From Candidatus Bathyarchaeota archaeon (lineage in GTDB: Archaea > Thermoproteota > Bathyarchaeia > Bathyarchaeales > Bathycorpusculaceae), in contig OY969706.1 in the NCBI GenBank assembly GCA_963702095.1, forward strand, positions 1,152,001 to 1,216,000: a stretch of 64,000 nt of DNA, given 5' to 3'. The notes under the pieces are model-generated. The model did not search any database, had not been told where the DNA came from, and saw nothing but the letters and a program-made list of their open reading frames with translations. The position numbers were made by a program, and so were the translations under genes. The first letter of the stretch is position 1; each line of letters starts with the position of its first letter. This document shows, in pieces, positions 19,291 to 30,054 of the stretch.

Positions 19291-19971
19291 ATGCCCGTTG
19301 AAGCAGTTATATTCGATTTAGATGGAACACTTTCCAGCTTTAACCTAGACTACAAAGCCCTCCGCGGAGACGTCAGAGAATACCTCATGAAGGTAGGGGT
19401 TCCCGCATCGGTTCTCAAAGTCAACGAAAGCATCTTTGACATGCTATCGAAAGTAGAGATTTACTTCAAAAACAACAGCAAAAACAACCAAGCCTTCGAG
19501 AAAGCCCGCGCTCAATGTTTAGCTTTAGCCGAAAAGTACGAGTTAGAAGCAGCTGCCACAGCAAACTTGTTATCGGGCGCTTTGGAAACGCTTAAAGAGT
19601 TAAAGAAGATGAACCTCAAATTGGCGTTGTGTACTACCAGCAGTGAGGCAGCCGCCAACTATATTCTTGATCGCTTTAGAATCGTCGATTATTTCCAAGT
19701 GGTTGTTGCCCGCAACAAGGTGAAACGTGTTAAACCGGACCCTGAACAGTTCATGCTGGCACTAAAAACTTTGGGTGTACACGCGAAATCAGCGGTTATA
19801 GTTGGAGACAGCACCGTTGACATGGAGAGCGCCAAAGAACTCAAAGCCATCGCCGTCGGGTTACCCAGAGAGTATTCGACATCGGAGCAGTTGATGAGTC
19901 ACGGAGCAAACTACCTCATAACATCCTTAACTGACTTGCCCATACTTGTAAAAGAATTAAATAAAGAGTAG
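19291..19971 (+). CDS. HAD-family hydrolase (phosphoglycolate phosphatase-like)
   Basis: FDLDGTL, KPDP, VGDSTVD. Confidence 0.9.
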   Translation: MPVEAVIFDLDGTLSSFNLDYKALRGDVREYLMKVGVPASVLKVNESIFDMLSKVEIYFKNNSKNNQAFEKARAQCLALAEKYELEAAATANLLSGALETLKELKKMNLKLALCTTSSEAAANYILDRFRIVDYFQVVVARNKVKRVKPDPEQFMLALKTLGVHAKSAVIVGDSTVDMESAKELKAIAVGLPREYSTSEQLMSHGANYLITSLTDLPILVKELNKE

Positions 19972-19972
19972 A

Positions 19973-22900
19973 TTAAGCGGCGGTTACTACGCCGTCGTCT
20001 TTACAGACCAACTTCCGCTCCCTGACCATCCGCTTGAGCACTTCTTGGAAACTTTGTTTTGCATCTTCACCTGAGTGGTTTATGCCAAATACTCTGGCGG
20101 TTTCAGAAATCAACGAGTCATCGCTTATGCCCAACGCGTACTGAGCCACCTGCGTCATCGCCGCTTCAACTTCTTCAGGGGCGATGTATTGGGGTTTGCG
20201 TTTGGATTCGGGGATGCCCTGCATTGGAACGCGGATGGGGGTTTCTTTGATTCCCACTGGCCAGAGGAAGCTGCCTTTGAGAGTGACTTTTTGTTCGCGG
20301 AGCAGGTTGTTTAGGGCTTCGCGGACGGCGTGGCCGATTTTGGGCGTTACCTGTTTTATGCCCCATGTTGTCGCTAACCGTTCCACGGCGTAGTCAAAGT
20401 GGACTGGGCCTTCGTTGACTATGAGTTCATAGAGGAGTTTGGTTTGGTTTTCGCGGTTTTTGGGGAAGTGGAACTCGTTTTTTTGCTTCGAATTCACGGT
20501 GGTTCTGCCGGTGGTAACTCTGATGTAGGGGTCATATGTTGCCTTCAGGGGGTAGACTTTGTAGGGGACACCGAGTTTTTCTATGCCAGCATACTGGTTT
20601 TTCTGTACGTCTGTGGCTGGTGGAGCGATGGGTTTTTGGCTGTCTTTTTCGATTTGCTGCACCTGCGCCTGTTCGATGGCGTCTTTTAAGCGGCGGATTT
20701 CACTGTCGCGTCTAGCAACCCAAGCGGGTGCCCAGATGCGGTGAATGCGCCAGCCCAGTTGCCGCAGAACCTGTTCACGGAGGCGGTCTCGGTCGCGGGC
20801 GCTGCTGCTGGATTGGTAGGTTGCGCCGTCACATTCAACGCCCAACAAGTAGCAGCCTTTATTGACTGGGTCTACGACGCCTATGTCAATTTTGTAGCCG
20901 CTACAACCCACTTCAGGAACCACTTCGTAGCCGAGTTTTTTGATTTCGTTGGCGACGTCTTCGTCGAGTGCTGAGTCGAAGGCGCCTTGTCTGCATTTGG
21001 ATTTGATGCTGTCAGCTCCGTGCTCGGCGTAGTCGAGGTAGGTACGCAGAGTCTGCACGCCTAGGGCTTGTGCGTCTGGGTCCATGTCGGAGCCTTTGAT
21101 GGATGTGATTAGCAAAACTTTTTCTCTTGCGCGAGTGACTGCAACGTTTAGGCGGCGTTCTCCTCCGGGCTTGTTTAGAGGTCCGAAGTTCATGGTGATT
21201 TGGTGGTTCGAGTCATAGCCGTAGCCGACGCTAAAGAAGATGACGTCGCGTTCGTCTCCCTGCACGTTTTCAAGGTTCTTGACAAAGAAGCCGTTGATGC
21301 GGTCCTCTTTGAAGAACTGTTCGAATTCGGGGTGGTCTTTGAGGCGGCGGTCTATGGCTTCCTGCACCGCATCCATCTGCGCAATGCTGAAGGTGACGAC
21401 TCCGAGGGTTTTTTTGGGGTAGTTTTTGAAGTGTTCAAAGACGAGGTCAGCGACTTTTTCGGCTTCCACGGGGTTGTCGCGTTTGCCGCCTCGGTCATAT
21501 ACGCCGTCGGGGACGTAGATGAGTTTGACGCCTAAACTGTCCGTTTCGGCTTTTGCGGCGGGGAAAGTGATCATGGTGTCGTCGTAGAATCGGTGGTTCG
21601 AAAACGCTATGAGCCCTTCGTGTTTGCTTCGGTAATGCCACTTAAGCGTCTTCACGGGTAACCCGATGCCTAAGCATTCGTCTAGGATACTGTCGAAGAC
21701 TTCTACGTCTTCGTCGCTTAGTTCATCCCAGTCTTTGTCGTCTAGGAGGTTCTTTTGGAAGAACGAGGTGGGCGGAAGCTGTTTGTTATCGCCTGCAACC
21801 ACGATGGTTTTGCCCCGGTAGATGGCGCTAATCGCGTCTTCGGGAACAAGCTGGGAAGCTTCGTCGAAGAGGACCAAGTCAAATTTGGTGTCAGCCGGTA
21901 GGAACTGGCTTACAGAGAGGGGACTCATAAGCAGGCAGGGTTTGAGTTTGACGAGTAAGTTGGGGATTTTCTGGAATAGCATGCGCAGGGGCATGAGGCG
22001 ACGTTTTTTGGCGGCTTCTTTGCTTAAGATGCCTGCTTCTGCGTCGGCGGCTTGGATGAGGATGTCTTGGGGTTTGCGTCCGTTGGCAGCGTCGATAACC
22101 ATGCCTGATGTGAGGTGAATCATTTCTTGGTCAAGCGCTTTGAAGTCGGCTATGCGTTGCTCATGGTTCTCGCGTCTGAAGCTGCCCATTTTTTGGTCTT
22201 CGTTGTAGAGGTTGTTTATCCATTCCTGATAGACGCTCTTGCGGAAAACCTGCAGTAAATCAGCTGCGGGCAGCTTCTGCTCGGCGAGGCGGTTAAAGAA
22301 GGGGTCTAAGCCGCGTAGGGTGAAGCGGTTTTTGACGTCTTTGTAGTCAATCCACACCTGCAAGTCATCTACTCGGTCACGCAGCGCTTGGATACGTTCC
22401 TCTATGGTGCTAATTTCCAGCGTTTTAAGCGGTTGGTTTTGGTAGCGCATCTCGCGGTCAAAACGTTTTTCAAAGTCCGATAGCACCTTAAGGGAAGCAT
22501 CGCGCCTCTTTACAAGTTCAGTGTTTGCTGGAGCTGCATCGGGTCCTTTGGCGGCGATTTCCGCGTATGCCTGTGGCACGGGGAGGTCTTCGAATGCCAA
22601 CTGAACCTTCACTGTCCACTCCAAAACCGAGACAATGTCTTGCCAATTAGTCTCTAACTCTAAAAAGCGGCTGCCGTATTTTTCTTGCAACTGGGCTTTT
22701 TCGCCAACGATTTGGGCTTCTTTCTTGCGGATTTCCTCGCTGTTATGGAGGTCTTCTATGAACTGCTTGTAGTTGGCGGGTTCTTTCTTCGCCACTGTGA
22801 GGGTGTCACGGGTTAATTTACAGAGGTCCAACAGAGTCTTTTCCGATTCTGCCGCCCACTCCTCGACCAGTAGCAGCGGCGTCTCAGCGAGGGCAGCCTG

Positions 22901-25705
22901 CGATTTAGGCACCGTCTGCGGCAGAAGCTCCTCAACCTCTTTGGCTTGGTGCTCCCATTTCGCCACTGACTCACGGAGTTCATCGCCCAAATTCTTAATC
23001 ATTGGCGAGGGGCTTGAGGAAGCGGTGAGGAGTTTGAGGAGGGGTTCGGGGATGGTGGTTACCCAGTTGAGTTTACGGATTTCCTCGGTTAGGGCTAATG
23101 CTTTTTCTGCGCCTTTGAAGTCGGTTCGGCTCTTGTGATAGTAATGTCCCATCAGGGCTTGGACGGTTTCGGCGGACGTCGCGATTTTTGCGGCGAGTTT
23201 GTTGACTTTGCGGGCGTCGATGAGGTCTTTTAGGACTTCTTTGGGGACTTTGCCGTCGTTGGTGACTTTGGCGATGCGTTTTTGGTCGTTGCGGTATTCG
23301 CTGTTAAAGAGTTTGATTCCGCCCTGATAGGGGCCGCTGTAGTTGGCGATGAGTGTGTCGAGGTCAAGTTCAAAGATGCCGTCAGTGTAGGTTTCGTCAA
23401 GGCGGCTTTTGAGAAGGCTGTGTTCTTGGTAGAGTTGCTTGGCTTTGTCAACGGTTTCCTTTACTTGCTCAAGATACTTGGCGTCAAACCACTGTGGTTC
23501 AGGCTTATCCTCGGCAAAACACAGCAGTGCCATGCGTGAGAGCTGTTTTAGCTGGTTTATGGTTAAGTCGGCGCTGTCCAGTCCCAGCGTTTGGGCGAGG
23601 GCTTGGGAGCTTTCACCCCACTTATGCGTTGTCAACTGGGTGTTTTTGATGAATTGGAACAGCTTTTCACGCTTGCCCAAGAGCTCGCTTTCCGCGAGGT
23701 TCTGTGTGCCCAATGCTTTGCCAACGTCGTTTACAGCCACCTGCATCTCCTGCGACCTTGTCAACACCAAGTCGAAGAGGCTGGGTTGATAGTGTTCCAT
23801 GAGGCTGGCGCGGGTGGCTTTAATCCAGTTAGTGACTTTAAGGTACGCTTTTGCCTCAGCTAACAGCTTGTCTAAGGCGGGGTTGGTTAGCCAGTGCACT
23901 TCGGGTTTTGGGCTCTTAAAAAGCAAGTTGCTAACGTCTAGCAACCACTGTATCCGCGCAAAGTTTTCGGGTGGGAACACGCCGAGTTTGGCGGAGAACT
24001 CTTCAGTTTCCAATTCGAGGTCGTGGAAGGTGGCGTTGATGGCTTCGAGTGCTGTTAAGACTTCACTGCGGATTTCAAGGTTGTACTTGTGAGCTTGGTA
24101 ACCTAGCCAAGGAAAATCGGGTTCTTCAACGACCTGCCAGACCTTGCTGAGTTGGGAAACAAGTTCTTCGAGTTCCCGCATCTTCTGCGGTGTAAGCGTA
24201 CCCAACTCCGTCAAACCCACAGGCACAAACGGCACCCGCTCCAAACTGCAAATTATACTCAACACCTCGTAGACGCTACGCTGCAGGTAGGGACGCCTCT
24301 CATGCAACGCGGCGACGTAGCCGTTGAGTGCGTCGCGGTACTCGGTTAAACGGTCAAATTCGTGGGCGGAGGGCAGTTTGCGTGGGACAAGGTTTTCGTC
24401 GAGGCTGCGTTTGAGTTCTGCCACGACCTGTTGTTTGTTGGCTTTGCTGCTGTGCATTTCTAAGCAGAAATGTGCTAAGCTGACTTCGCTTAGGCGTTTG
24501 TAGACGACTTCAAGCGCCGCCATCTTGTCGCTGACGAAGAGCACGCTTTTGCCGTTGGCGATGCACTCCGCTATGATGTTGGCGATGGTTTGGCTTTTGC
24601 CCGTGCCCGGCGGACCTTTCATCACGAAGCTTTGCCCACGGAGGGCGTATTCGATGCTTAGGCGTTGGCTGCTGTCTGCGTCGAGCACCTGGTAGGTTTT
24701 GGCTGGCAACTCGACTTTGTCCACGTCTTTCTCTTCGGGGAGCCCTGTTAAGAGGAGGTTTTCTTCTTTGATGCCTGCGATGGCACGGATGATTGGGTGC
24801 TGAGTTACCAGGGCAGCGTTGGATTCGAGGTCTTTGTAGATGACCAGTTTTTGGAAGGAGAACAATCCGAGGGCGGTTAAGCATTCGGTTTTCCAGCCCA
24901 TCTCCGAGAGTGCTGCTTCAACTTGGCTGTAGTAATCGCTTAGTTTTTGTTCCTCCCATTCTTCAGGCAGCGGGGGCAAGTCAAGTTTGAAGTCATTCTT
25001 CAACTTCGCCACCAACGCTGGGTTAAGCACCGCCTCGTCTTCAACAGGCGGCACAGTGATGCTGTAGGGGGCGCGGATGGTTTCTTTGCCAAGCTCCAAT
25101 GGCACCAAAATCAGGGGCGACTGAACCTTTTCTTTGGTCTCTGCGTCCACCCAGTTCAAGACGCCGAAAGCAGCGTAGAGGATGCGGACGCCTCTTTCAC
25201 GGTAATCGAGCAGTGAACGGCGTTCGAGGGCTTTTAGGGCGCGGTCGAGTTCCAGGTGGGTAAGGTTGCCGCAGACCAGTTGGTTTGCGCCGGGTTTTTT
25301 AGGTGCCTCTTCTACGGTGGCGGCTCGGACTGGGGCTTGGGCGGTTTTAGCTTCAGGTTTAGCCGAGGCTTTTTGTTTGCCTTTAACGTTTTTGCCTTTC
25401 GCCTTCGGCTTCTCCTCAGCTTTCTCTGCCTTGGGAGCTTTAGCTTCAGGCGGAAGGTAAAATTCAAGGCGGCTCTTCTTTACCACTAGGCCGTCAAAAA
25501 TCTTTTGAGAATCTGGTTGAGTGATTGGGAGGTTGCCGTGTTTTTCTTTGCGGAAGTAAAGCAGGTTGTTTTTGCGGGATAAATCGATGAGTCTGGATTT
25601 CCAGTCTTCGACGCGTTTCATGGGTGAAGAGACAGGTGTAGGTTCGGTAAGTTCAGTCATGAAAGCCACATCCGAAAGGTACAGGTAAGCTATTGTATAC
25701 ATCAT
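19973..25705 (-). CDS. DUF4011-SF1 helicase-Vsr-like nuclease-DUF3320-type protein (Hhe-like)
   Basis: WKSRLIDLSRKNNLL, GPPGTGKSQT, FDEASQ, GDNKQLPP, VQGDERD, RRLNVAVTRA, IDIG..GVECDG..RDRDR. Confidence 0.88.
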   Translation of the reverse strand: MMYTIAYLYLSDVAFMTELTEPTPVSSPMKRVEDWKSRLIDLSRKNNLLYFRKEKHGNLPITQPDSQKIFDGLVVKKSRLEFYLPPEAKAPKAEKAEEKPKAKGKNVKGKQKASAKPEAKTAQAPVRAATVEEAPKKPGANQLVCGNLTHLELDRALKALERRSLLDYRERGVRILYAAFGVLNWVDAETKEKVQSPLILVPLELGKETIRAPYSITVPPVEDEAVLNPALVAKLKNDFKLDLPPLPEEWEEQKLSDYYSQVEAALSEMGWKTECLTALGLFSFQKLVIYKDLESNAALVTQHPIIRAIAGIKEENLLLTGLPEEKDVDKVELPAKTYQVLDADSSQRLSIEYALRGQSFVMKGPPGTGKSQTIANIIAECIANGKSVLFVSDKMAALEVVYKRLSEVSLAHFCLEMHSSKANKQQVVAELKRSLDENLVPRKLPSAHEFDRLTEYRDALNGYVAALHERRPYLQRSVYEVLSIICSLERVPFVPVGLTELGTLTPQKMRELEELVSQLSKVWQVVEEPDFPWLGYQAHKYNLEIRSEVLTALEAINATFHDLELETEEFSAKLGVFPPENFARIQWLLDVSNLLFKSPKPEVHWLTNPALDKLLAEAKAYLKVTNWIKATRASLMEHYQPSLFDLVLTRSQEMQVAVNDVGKALGTQNLAESELLGKREKLFQFIKNTQLTTHKWGESSQALAQTLGLDSADLTINQLKQLSRMALLCFAEDKPEPQWFDAKYLEQVKETVDKAKQLYQEHSLLKSRLDETYTDGIFELDLDTLIANYSGPYQGGIKLFNSEYRNDQKRIAKVTNDGKVPKEVLKDLIDARKVNKLAAKIATSAETVQALMGHYYHKSRTDFKGAEKALALTEEIRKLNWVTTIPEPLLKLLTASSSPSPMIKNLGDELRESVAKWEHQAKEVEELLPQTVPKSQAALAETPLLLVEEWAAESEKTLLDLCKLTRDTLTVAKKEPANYKQFIEDLHNSEEIRKKEAQIVGEKAQLQEKYGSRFLELETNWQDIVSVLEWTVKVQLAFEDLPVPQAYAEIAAKGPDAAPANTELVKRRDASLKVLSDFEKRFDREMRYQNQPLKTLEISTIEERIQALRDRVDDLQVWIDYKDVKNRFTLRGLDPFFNRLAEQKLPAADLLQVFRKSVYQEWINNLYNEDQKMGSFRRENHEQRIADFKALDQEMIHLTSGMVIDAANGRKPQDILIQAADAEAGILSKEAAKKRRLMPLRMLFQKIPNLLVKLKPCLLMSPLSVSQFLPADTKFDLVLFDEASQLVPEDAISAIYRGKTIVVAGDNKQLPPTSFFQKNLLDDKDWDELSDEDVEVFDSILDECLGIGLPVKTLKWHYRSKHEGLIAFSNHRFYDDTMITFPAAKAETDSLGVKLIYVPDGVYDRGGKRDNPVEAEKVADLVFEHFKNYPKKTLGVVTFSIAQMDAVQEAIDRRLKDHPEFEQFFKEDRINGFFVKNLENVQGDERDVIFFSVGYGYDSNHQITMNFGPLNKPGGERRLNVAVTRAREKVLLITSIKGSDMDPDAQALGVQTLRTYLDYAEHGADSIKSKCRQGAFDSALDEDVANEIKKLGYEVVPEVGCSGYKIDIGVVDPVNKGCYLLGVECDGATYQSSSSARDRDRLREQVLRQLGWRIHRIWAPAWVARRDSEIRRLKDAIEQAQVQQIEKDSQKPIAPPATDVQKNQYAGIEKLGVPYKVYPLKATYDPYIRVTTGRTTVNSKQKNEFHFPKNRENQTKLLYELIVNEGPVHFDYAVERLATTWGIKQVTPKIGHAVREALNNLLREQKVTLKGSFLWPVGIKETPIRVPMQGIPESKRKPQYIAPEEVEAAMTQVAQYALGISDDSLISETARVFGINHSGEDAKQSFQEVLKRMVRERKLVCKDDGVVTAA

Positions 25706-25786
25706 TCTTTAACATTTGCGGTTTTTCCGCTGAGCCCAAACAATCAGTTACCCAAGTTTAGATGTAGAAAAGAAGCAGTTGATGCG

Positions 25787-26401
25787 TTAAGCATGGGAGA
25801 TTGCATCTAAAACCGCCGATAAAACGCCATCGCAGCCGATTCTGCGGGTTTCGAGCACTTCGAGGTTCATGCCCGACTTCTCGATGTCTTCCTTTAGCTT
25901 GTCCGCGTTGCCCACGGTGTCAAGCAACACGACGCCTTTGATGCCGCTAAACATCTCATCGTCCACGCCTTGACGCCTAAGGTTCTCCCGCATATCCTCA
26001 AAGAAGTCCACCATGCCAGGCCCCATAAACATCAAGTTATGGTTCGGATCAACATCCAGCGATTTTCCGGCTCCGCCCATCTGGCAGTCGATACAGTTGA
26101 GCGCGTCCACCTTGGCGACGCCGTATTCCTGCACCAGCTTCTTCATTTCACCGTCTTGCCCCAGGCAGAGGTCACCGTAGACCAAGACGATTTTGCCCTT
26201 AAACCTGCCTTTGGTGTGCCCGAGCATTTTTCGCAGGTTGCTTTCTAGCAAGGCATAGTCAACGTGGAAGTTTTTGCTTACAAACACCAACTCAGCGTCC
26301 AGTTTGCCCTCTTTTTTTAGTTGCTCAAGCTCTTTGCGCAGTACGCTGCAGCTAACTATGCAAACGGATGGTTTCTGTGTTGAAGCCATAAAGTTCAGCA
26401 A
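25787..26401 (-). CDS. DUF1638-like protein
   Basis: SCSVLRKE, LVYGDLC, NCIDC. Confidence 0.7.
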   Translation of the reverse strand: MLNFMASTQKPSVCIVSCSVLRKELEQLKKEGKLDAELVFVSKNFHVDYALLESNLRKMLGHTKGRFKGKIVLVYGDLCLGQDGEMKKLVQEYGVAKVDALNCIDCQMGGAGKSLDVDPNHNLMFMGPGMVDFFEDMRENLRRQGVDDEMFSGIKGVVLLDTVGNADKLKEDIEKSGMNLEVLETRRIGCDGVLSAVLDAISHA

Positions 26402-26481
26402 GGAATAGTCTGGGTTTGATTGCAGATAGCTTTTTCTTTGAAGCCCAAAAACTTAATCAAGCATACAAGCATTATCTTGGT

Positions 26482-26571
26482 TGGTGAGGACTCTGCGGAT
26501 GGTTGGGGTTTTTCCTCTCTTCCTGAAAATTGAGGTTTACTTTCAGCCGCCTAAGCAGAGAAACCTCGCCA
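26482..26571 (+). ncRNA. Candidate structured non-coding RNA
   Basis: Nested helices GGTGAGG/CCTCGCC, CTCTGC/GCAGAG, TGGTTG/CAGCCG, CCTC/GAGG; AT-rich box ~25 bp upstream. Confidence 0.4.
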
Positions 26572-26837
26572 TTTAGTTATCAGAGGAGTTGAATAGGATA
26601 GTCTTTTGGCTGCAGTTTTTTGTATTGTGTTTGTTTGCCTGCGGTTATGCAGATGGCTTTCCTGAGTCCGGCTATTGCAACGGGGAGAACGTCGTAGAAG
26701 ACGATTTTTCCTTCACAAGCTACTTTTGAGCGGGTTGGCGCGGCATAAACAAGTGGCACCCAATGGAGAGAAAATAGGGAATGCCCGAGCGTTTGAAACT
26801 AAAGTAGCACCCCTGTGAAGGGTTTTCTTAACGCGGT

Positions 26838-28319
26838 TTAATAGGGGCTCTTTCGTTTAAGCAGCAACAAGACCAAAGCAGCCACTGCCAAAACAAAAAT
26901 AGCAATCACCAAGGCAGCGAGCGTTCCAGAATTTTGAGTTATTCTGCCTAAGAAAGCCGTGGACTGGGTTGGCTGCATAGTCGGCGCGGGTGCTTTTTGG
27001 AGAACATAATTCGCTTGGATTACGCCATCTTCTGCTATCAAGATGCCCTTTTGCGTCTCTGATAATCCAGAGGTTTGTGTCCACACGTAACTGTCCCCTG
27101 TACCTATGGGCAGTTGGGTGCTGTACGCGTAGTTGTGGGGGCTGCCAATATCCCAAGTGAATGTCACAGGTAATTGGGAGACTGTGTAGTTTACGGAGTC
27201 CACACATAAAACCGTCCAGTCCACATCCGTCAAGCCTTCTTGACTAAAACTGACCGCGCAAGTTTGGACTTTGTAGGCGTATTTCAAGTCGCCGTTGGTC
27301 TGGTCGTAGTAGCATATGTTAGGATTACCGCTGGAGTCAACAACCAAAGAGTTGTAGAAGCCTACTTTGCCGTTTGTATCCACTTTTTCTATGTTCCAAG
27401 TCTGGTTGCTCCATGAAGCATAGTACAATGCCAAGTCGCCATCGTGGAAGTAGCTTATTTGGGGGTTTCCGTTAGGGTCCAAGCCTATTGATGCATAGCT
27501 GCCAGACCAGTCGACGACCTGCGTGCTCCACATAGCCCCTGTCCAAGCAGCGGTTTCAAGCTGCCAACTTGGATAGTACTGGTAGGTTATATGCGGCTTT
27601 CCCGAGGAATCTAAAGCAAGGGATATCCCTTGGGAGGGGCCGTCACTTTCTGCCACATCTTGAATGTTCCAGTTTGAACCAGTCCACAAAGCGTACTTTA
27701 CGACTTCTTGGTCGTAGTAGACTACGTGAGGATTTCCGGTTGCATCTAAGGCAATGGCGCTATAGCCACCAATTGCCCCTGCCTTAGCCACGGTTTGGAT
27801 GTTCCATGTTGAACCAGTCAAGGTTGCATAGTTAAGGCGTCCAGCTGCATCTATATAGGATACATGGGGGCTGCCAGAGGAATCCAACGCTAAAGAGACA
27901 CTGTTGCCCCACTCAGTGCCTATAGATTGTGTGCTCCAACTTTGGCCCGTCCAATAAGCATACTTTAAGGCTTGAGTGAAAACTTCACGGTAAACAATAT
28001 GCGGGTTATCTGAAGCATCAAGGGCAATGGAGGTGGCGCCGCCGACGTCGCCGTTGGAATCCACGGTTTGAGTGATCCACTCCGAGCCAGTCCAATAAGC
28101 ATACTTCAAATCGTAGTTACTGGTGTCTTGGTAGCTTATGTGTGGGTTGCCCTGAGAGTCTAAAGATAGGGAACACCATTCGCCGACGTTTCCTGCGGAA
28201 TCCACCGTTTGGATAACCCACCGTGAACCCGCCTGCACCTGCGGCAGAAACATCAGAGTAGAAGTGGATAGGAGAAGAAAAATTGCTAAGAGGGCAATTG
28301 ACCGGGAGGACTTACTCAT
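26838..28319 (-). CDS. Secreted beta-propeller-like repeat protein with C-terminal TM anchor
   Basis: About 7 repeats of SLALDS.G.PHISY..LKYA.W.G..W; signal peptide. Confidence 0.8.
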   Translation of the reverse strand: MSKSSRSIALLAIFLLLSTSTLMFLPQVQAGSRWVIQTVDSAGNVGEWCSLSLDSQGNPHISYQDTSNYDLKYAYWTGSEWITQTVDSNGDVGGATSIALDASDNPHIVYREVFTQALKYAYWTGQSWSTQSIGTEWGNSVSLALDSSGSPHVSYIDAAGRLNYATLTGSTWNIQTVAKAGAIGGYSAIALDATGNPHVVYYDQEVVKYALWTGSNWNIQDVAESDGPSQGISLALDSSGKPHITYQYYPSWQLETAAWTGAMWSTQVVDWSGSYASIGLDPNGNPQISYFHDGDLALYYASWSNQTWNIEKVDTNGKVGFYNSLVVDSSGNPNICYYDQTNGDLKYAYKVQTCAVSFSQEGLTDVDWTVLCVDSVNYTVSQLPVTFTWDIGSPHNYAYSTQLPIGTGDSYVWTQTSGLSETQKGILIAEDGVIQANYVLQKAPAPTMQPTQSTAFLGRITQNSGTLAALVIAIFVLAVAALVLLLLKRKSPY

Positions 28320-28375
28320 GGGGTTCGCCTGCCTGAATGGGGGAAACGTTGCGTATATAATTTACTCAACGCAGG

Positions 28376-28777
28376 CTAGTAGGGTTTGAAGCAGTACCGC
28401 TGCCACTGAGGCCACTGCTGCGGCTGGCTGCATGAGCCAAAATCAACCTTTAACTCCATGCCGATTTTAAGCTGCTCCTGCGTTACCCCCTGAATCATGC
28501 ACGGAATCCTTAGACCGCCTGCCAATTCAACGATGCCGACTGCGTAGGGCGTCAAGTTTTGGAATTGCTGTGGAGCCACGTTGATGACTGTGTAGGTGAG
28601 CAGTTTTCCTTTGCCTGAAACGTTGACCCAGCTGAATTTTTCGGAGCCGCAGTTATCGCAGAATGGGCGGGGCGGCATGTGGGTTTTTCCGCATTTCTGG
28701 CATAAGCCAGCCATCAATTTGCCTTGCCCAAGGAACTTGTAAAACTGCTCGATAGTAAAAGGCGCAATGGTGCTCAT
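28376..28777 (-). CDS. DUF35 Zn-ribbon/OB-fold protein (thiolase partner)
   Basis: CQKCG..PPRPFCDNC, G.GKLLTYT. Confidence 0.9.
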   Translation of the reverse strand: MSTIAPFTIEQFYKFLGQGKLMAGLCQKCGKTHMPPRPFCDNCGSEKFSWVNVSGKGKLLTYTVINVAPQQFQNLTPYAVGIVELAGGLRIPCMIQGVTQEQLKIGMELKVDFGSCSQPQQWPQWQRYCFKPY

Positions 28778-29953
28778 TATTGCTCTCTCCTGTAAATGTG
28801 GACTGCTGCCGTGGCACCGCTGCCGCCGATGTTGTGGGTTAAGCCGACCTGCGCGTCTTTTACTTGGCGTTTTTCAGCTTGGTCGGTGAGTTGGAGGTAC
28901 ATTTCGTAGGCTTGTGCAGTGCCGGTTGCGCCGACTGGGTGTCCTTTGGATTTCAAGCCGCCGCTGGTGTTCACTGGAATGCGCCCGCCCAGTTGTGTTG
29001 CGCCGCTGTCGATTAGTTTGCCACTTTCGCCAGCTTTGCAGAAGCCAAGGTCCTCATATGCAATCATTTCGGCGATTGTGAAGCAATCATGCACTTCTGC
29101 CAAGTTAACTTGGTCGGGTTTAACCTGTGCCATCTCGTAGGCTTCTTTAGAGGCTAGCTTGGTTGATTGGAGCGAAGTGAAGCTGCACCGTTCATAGAGT
29201 CCGATGGCGTCGGTGGCTTGTCCGCTGCCTATGATGTGGACGGGTTGGTCACTGTATTTTTTGGCGAGTTCAGGCTTGGTTAATATGATGCAGCTTGCGC
29301 CGTCTGTTATGAGGGAGCAATCGTAGAGTTTAAGCGGCGCACGCAACATACTTCGAGGACATGACGGTCTCAAGCGTTACTTCTTTTTGCATGTGTGCCT
29401 TGGGGTTTAACAGTCCGTGGCGGTGGTTTTTAACTGCGACTTTACCGATTTGCTCCTCAGTGGTGCCGTAGGCATGCATGTGCGCGGTTGCCATCATGGC
29501 GAATAAGCCGGGGAACGTGATGCCGTTGAACTGTTCAAAGGGGTAATCGGCTGCCATCGCAAGGTACTCGGTGACTTCCGCGGTGGTTCGATGCGTCATT
29601 TTCTCCACGCCGCCGACGACGGCGACGTCGCTGAGGCCCGAGAGGACAGCGTAGATGCCGGTGCGTAATGCGGCGCCTGATGATCCGCAGGCTGCTTCAA
29701 CCCGGGTGGCTGCTACGCCTCGGAGCCCGATCCAGTCGGCGATGGTTGCGCCCGTGTGGCCCTGGTGCTCGTAGGCTTCGCCCATGTGCCCGATGAACAT
29801 GGCTTTAACGTCTTTTTTTGGTTCCAGTTTGGGGCAGCGGCTAAACGCTTCCGATGCTGCTTGCCCAAAAATTTCTCTACCAAGTAAGCCTTCGTGTTTA
29901 CCGAATTTCGACATGCCAGCGCCGATTATGCTGACCAGTGGTTTCCCATTCAA
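28777..29953 (-). CDS. Thiolase (acetyl-CoA acetyltransferase), frameshifted ~29339
   Basis: EAACGSS, GVEKMT, EVHDCF, SGGLKSKGHPVGATG in two overlapping frames. Confidence 0.88.
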
Positions 29954-30054
29954 ACCCGATGTACTCCTCTCTGTGGCATTACAGTGATGGCGAGCAAGAA
30001 TAAAAACTATACAACAACAATCAGAACGAAGGCTTTTAAACCTACTCAAGGGGC

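Noticed and set aside
20059-25489. Many short antisense and overlapping ORFs within long genes
   Set aside because: Shadow ORFs of genuine coding regions, with no motifs
26600-26690. Possible further copy of the dispersed repeat (also ~30600-30665)
   Set aside because: Similarity is mostly CA-rich composition; could not align it convincingly by eye
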